Source: Pasteurella multocida
GTDB taxonomy: Bacteria; Pseudomonadota; Gammaproteobacteria; Enterobacterales; Pasteurellaceae
NCBI RefSeq assembly: GCF_900187275.1
Contig: NZ_LT906458.1
Coordinates: 210,001-242,000 of the forward strand
Direction: 5' to 3'
DNA: 32,000 nucleotides
The notes below the pieces were generated by a model. That model was given only the letters and a program-made list of their open reading frames with translations, was not told where the DNA came from and did not search any database. Made by a program: the position numbers and the translations under genes. Each line of letters starts with the position of its first letter. Positions within the stretch are counted from its first letter, which is position 1. This document shows positions 28,802-32,000 of this stretch, piece by piece.

Positions 28802-28915
28802 TTTTTGTGTTCGTTTAAGGATGAAAAGGCGACGATATTCTCCCTTACTGATTGGTTTTATTAAGAAAATTTCTATTTCATATTGAGTGTTATTCTCAAT
28901 AATTTTTTGTAAAAA

Positions 28916-28931
28916 TGTGATCTAGATCAAT
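28916..28931. promoter_or_regulatory. FNR/CRP-like palindromic site
   Basis: AAATGTGATCTAGATCAATAAA: matches the CRP left half and N6, and GTGAT-CTAG-ATCAA is one mismatch from FNR TTGAT-N4-ATCAA. Confidence 0.4.
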
Positions 28932-28962
28932 AAAAGTCGGAATAAAGTCCCTGTTGGGCAAG

Positions 28963-28991
28963 AAAAAAGACCTAGCACGTGCCAGGTCTTT
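28963..28991 (-). terminator. Rho-independent terminator of the cytochrome c peroxidase gene
   Basis: On the minus strand: AAAGACCTGGCACGTGCTAGGTCTTTTTTCTT, with outer stem AAAGACCT/AGGTCTTT and U run. Confidence 0.85.
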
Positions 28992-29016
28992 GGTTTGATG
29001 AGTACAACGTAAGCCT

Positions 29017-30423
29017 TTACTGATTTTCTTTGGTTAATAACTTGCCTTGATATTCACCGGTGAGTGATTCTAAGAATGCACTGATATCTTCTACATCTTT
29101 GGTCGGTAACGTTTTACCACTTTGATAATGTAACATAATACGCACGGCTTCTTTGAGATCCGATGTGCGAGCATCGTGCATATATGGTGCAGTCAGAGCA
29201 ATATTACGTAGAGTCGGTACCTTAAATTTATGCATATCAGCAGGATCTTGGGTATGTGCAAAGCGTCCTTGATCAGCTTCTGTTATCGGTGTGCCTCTGG
29301 CGGCAAAGTAATCATCAAATAAGCCCATGTATTCAAAGGATTGCCCACCCATTGCGACGCCAACATGGCAAGTATCGCATTTGTGCTGTTTGAAGAGCTC
29401 ATAACCACGTATTTGTGCGGCTGTGAGTGCATTTTGTTCGCCTTTCAAATAACGGTCAAATGCGCTGTTTGGTGTGATCAATGTTTTTTCAAATTCCGCA
29501 ATGGCGTGTGTAATTGTGGCTTCATTAATCGCAGGATAAACGGCTAAGAACTTGGCTTTAAATGCTTCATCTTGTTCGAATTTAGCGATAATTTCTTCCC
29601 AATTCTTAGAGCCCATTTCAACTGGGTTGAGAGGAGGACCGCCGGCTTGTTCAGCGAGATCTTTTGCTCGTCCATCCCAGAATTGTAAAATATTGAAAAC
29701 GGAGTTATACACTGTTGGGGCATTAATTCCTCCCTTGAGACCATCAATACCGACAGAAACATCTAGACCATCTACACCACCATTTTTCAACTGATGGCAA
29801 GTATGACATTGGATTGTACCATCACCTGAAAGACGTCCATCGTGGTATAGCATGTCACCCAATGCGACTTTCAGTGGATCCGTTGCTACACTATCAGGAA
29901 TCGGTTGGACTAAACGCGTTGGGTCTGTACCTTGTGTATTTGCCGGTAGAAAATGATTCTGGCGTTGCTCACGTATCCAATTTAATAGCGTTGTTTTTTC
30001 CTCTAAATCAGGACGTGATCCCCAGTGTAAATGCACAAATTTTGCGACAGGCATTTCATCATTAATCAGAACTTGTTCTAATTTAGCGAGGCTGACTTCA
30101 GACAATTTAGTAGGATCTTTTAACCCATCAAGAATCTCATTTAACAAAAAGACACGTGTGCCTTTTTTAATATCTTCTTGCATAATGCTTTCTGCCACTG
30201 GAAACTTAGCATAGAAAGGCAACTCTGCATTAGTACTATGACAATATTGACAGCCATTGTCATACAAGATTTTTGCCACTTGCTGTGCTTGCCCACTTAG
30301 TGGCGTTTGCGATAGCAGTTTAGCGGATTGTTCTTTATCAAAGATATGAACATAACCAACTGTGCCTAAAAAGCTGGCGACTGCAATGGCAACAACGGAA
30401 AAGAATAGATTTTTAACTCTCAT
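29017..30423 (-). CDS. Tri-heme cytochrome c (quinol) peroxidase, YhjA/QPO-like
   Basis: N-terminal membrane anchor; three CXXCH motifs (CQYCH, CHTCH, CDTCH); di-heme peroxidase motifs (LGDMLYHDGRLSGDGTIQCHTCH, GGINAPTVYNSVFN, VPTLRNIALTAPYMHDA). Confidence 0.9.
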   Translation of the reverse strand: MRVKNLFFSVVAIAVASFLGTVGYVHIFDKEQSAKLLSQTPLSGQAQQVAKILYDNGCQYCHSTNAELPFYAKFPVAESIMQEDIKKGTRVFLLNEILDGLKDPTKLSEVSLAKLEQVLINDEMPVAKFVHLHWGSRPDLEEKTTLLNWIREQRQNHFLPANTQGTDPTRLVQPIPDSVATDPLKVALGDMLYHDGRLSGDGTIQCHTCHQLKNGGVDGLDVSVGIDGLKGGINAPTVYNSVFNILQFWDGRAKDLAEQAGGPPLNPVEMGSKNWEEIIAKFEQDEAFKAKFLAVYPAINEATITHAIAEFEKTLITPNSAFDRYLKGEQNALTAAQIRGYELFKQHKCDTCHVGVAMGGQSFEYMGLFDDYFAARGTPITEADQGRFAHTQDPADMHKFKVPTLRNIALTAPYMHDARTSDLKEAVRIMLHYQSGKTLPTKDVEDISAFLESLTGEYQGKLLTKENQ

Positions 30424-30560
30424 AGATCATCACTCCTTATTGGTTAGGCATCAGCATATTAACACTACAAACAATAAGGATTTTTGATCTAGGATAATAA
30501 ATTTAATTCGTTAAATCTATTTAATTAATAGTTTAAATCTATTGATTTGGAGGGGAGATG

Positions 30561-30591
30561 AAAATGGAAAGCTGATTTCGCTTTCCATTTT
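30561..30591 (-). terminator. Rho-independent terminator downstream of purA
   Basis: 12-bp perfect stem AAAATGGAAAGC/GCTTTCCATTTT (30561-30572/30580-30591). Confidence 0.8.
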
Positions 30592-30612
30592 GATATGATA
30601 ATAGGGTGTCAA

Positions 30613-31959
<1,347 letters not shown>

Positions 31960-32000
31960 TTACTTTACTATTTTCTTACATTAATCTCAATGTAATTTAC

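Overview
This window looks like an ordinary core-genome segment of a Pasteurellaceae bacterium. Support comes from at least ten Haemophilus-type DNA uptake signal cores (AAGTGCGGT/ACCGCACTT) and Haemophilus/Pasteurella-like gene neighbourhoods. Contents from left to right: 3' end of pal (P6); three tandem tRNA-Lys(TTT) genes in a 119-bp repeat; the competence pseudopilin operon comNOPQ-like plus recC, preceded by a CRP-S (Sxy-dependent) site; rimI-holD (-) and rsmC (+); an afu/fbp-type ABC transporter operon on the minus strand with three tandem paralogous periplasmic binding proteins and one fused permease and ATPase; udk, dcd, an AsmA-like gene and sotB; tRNA-Ser(GGA); a SulP/DauA transporter and eda; a DUF533/TerB-like gene; cysS; two adjacent cyclophilins; a TatD-family DNase; a small membrane ORF; nrdG-nrdD with a paired NrdR-box motif; a tri-heme cytochrome c/quinol peroxidase; purA. 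I found no convincing novel defence, mobile or CRISPR system. The best leads are: (1) the tripled AfuA paralogs, whose candidate ligand-pocket residues differ (H-D, H-E, Q-N), under a predicted class II CRP promoter and with a strong intercistronic hairpin; (2) the NrdR box pair at nrdD; (3) an unannotated 21-codon ORF divergent from nrdD; (4) FNR/CRP-like sites; (5) uptake sequences embedded in signal-peptide codons. All calls were made by reading the sequence; no database search was run.
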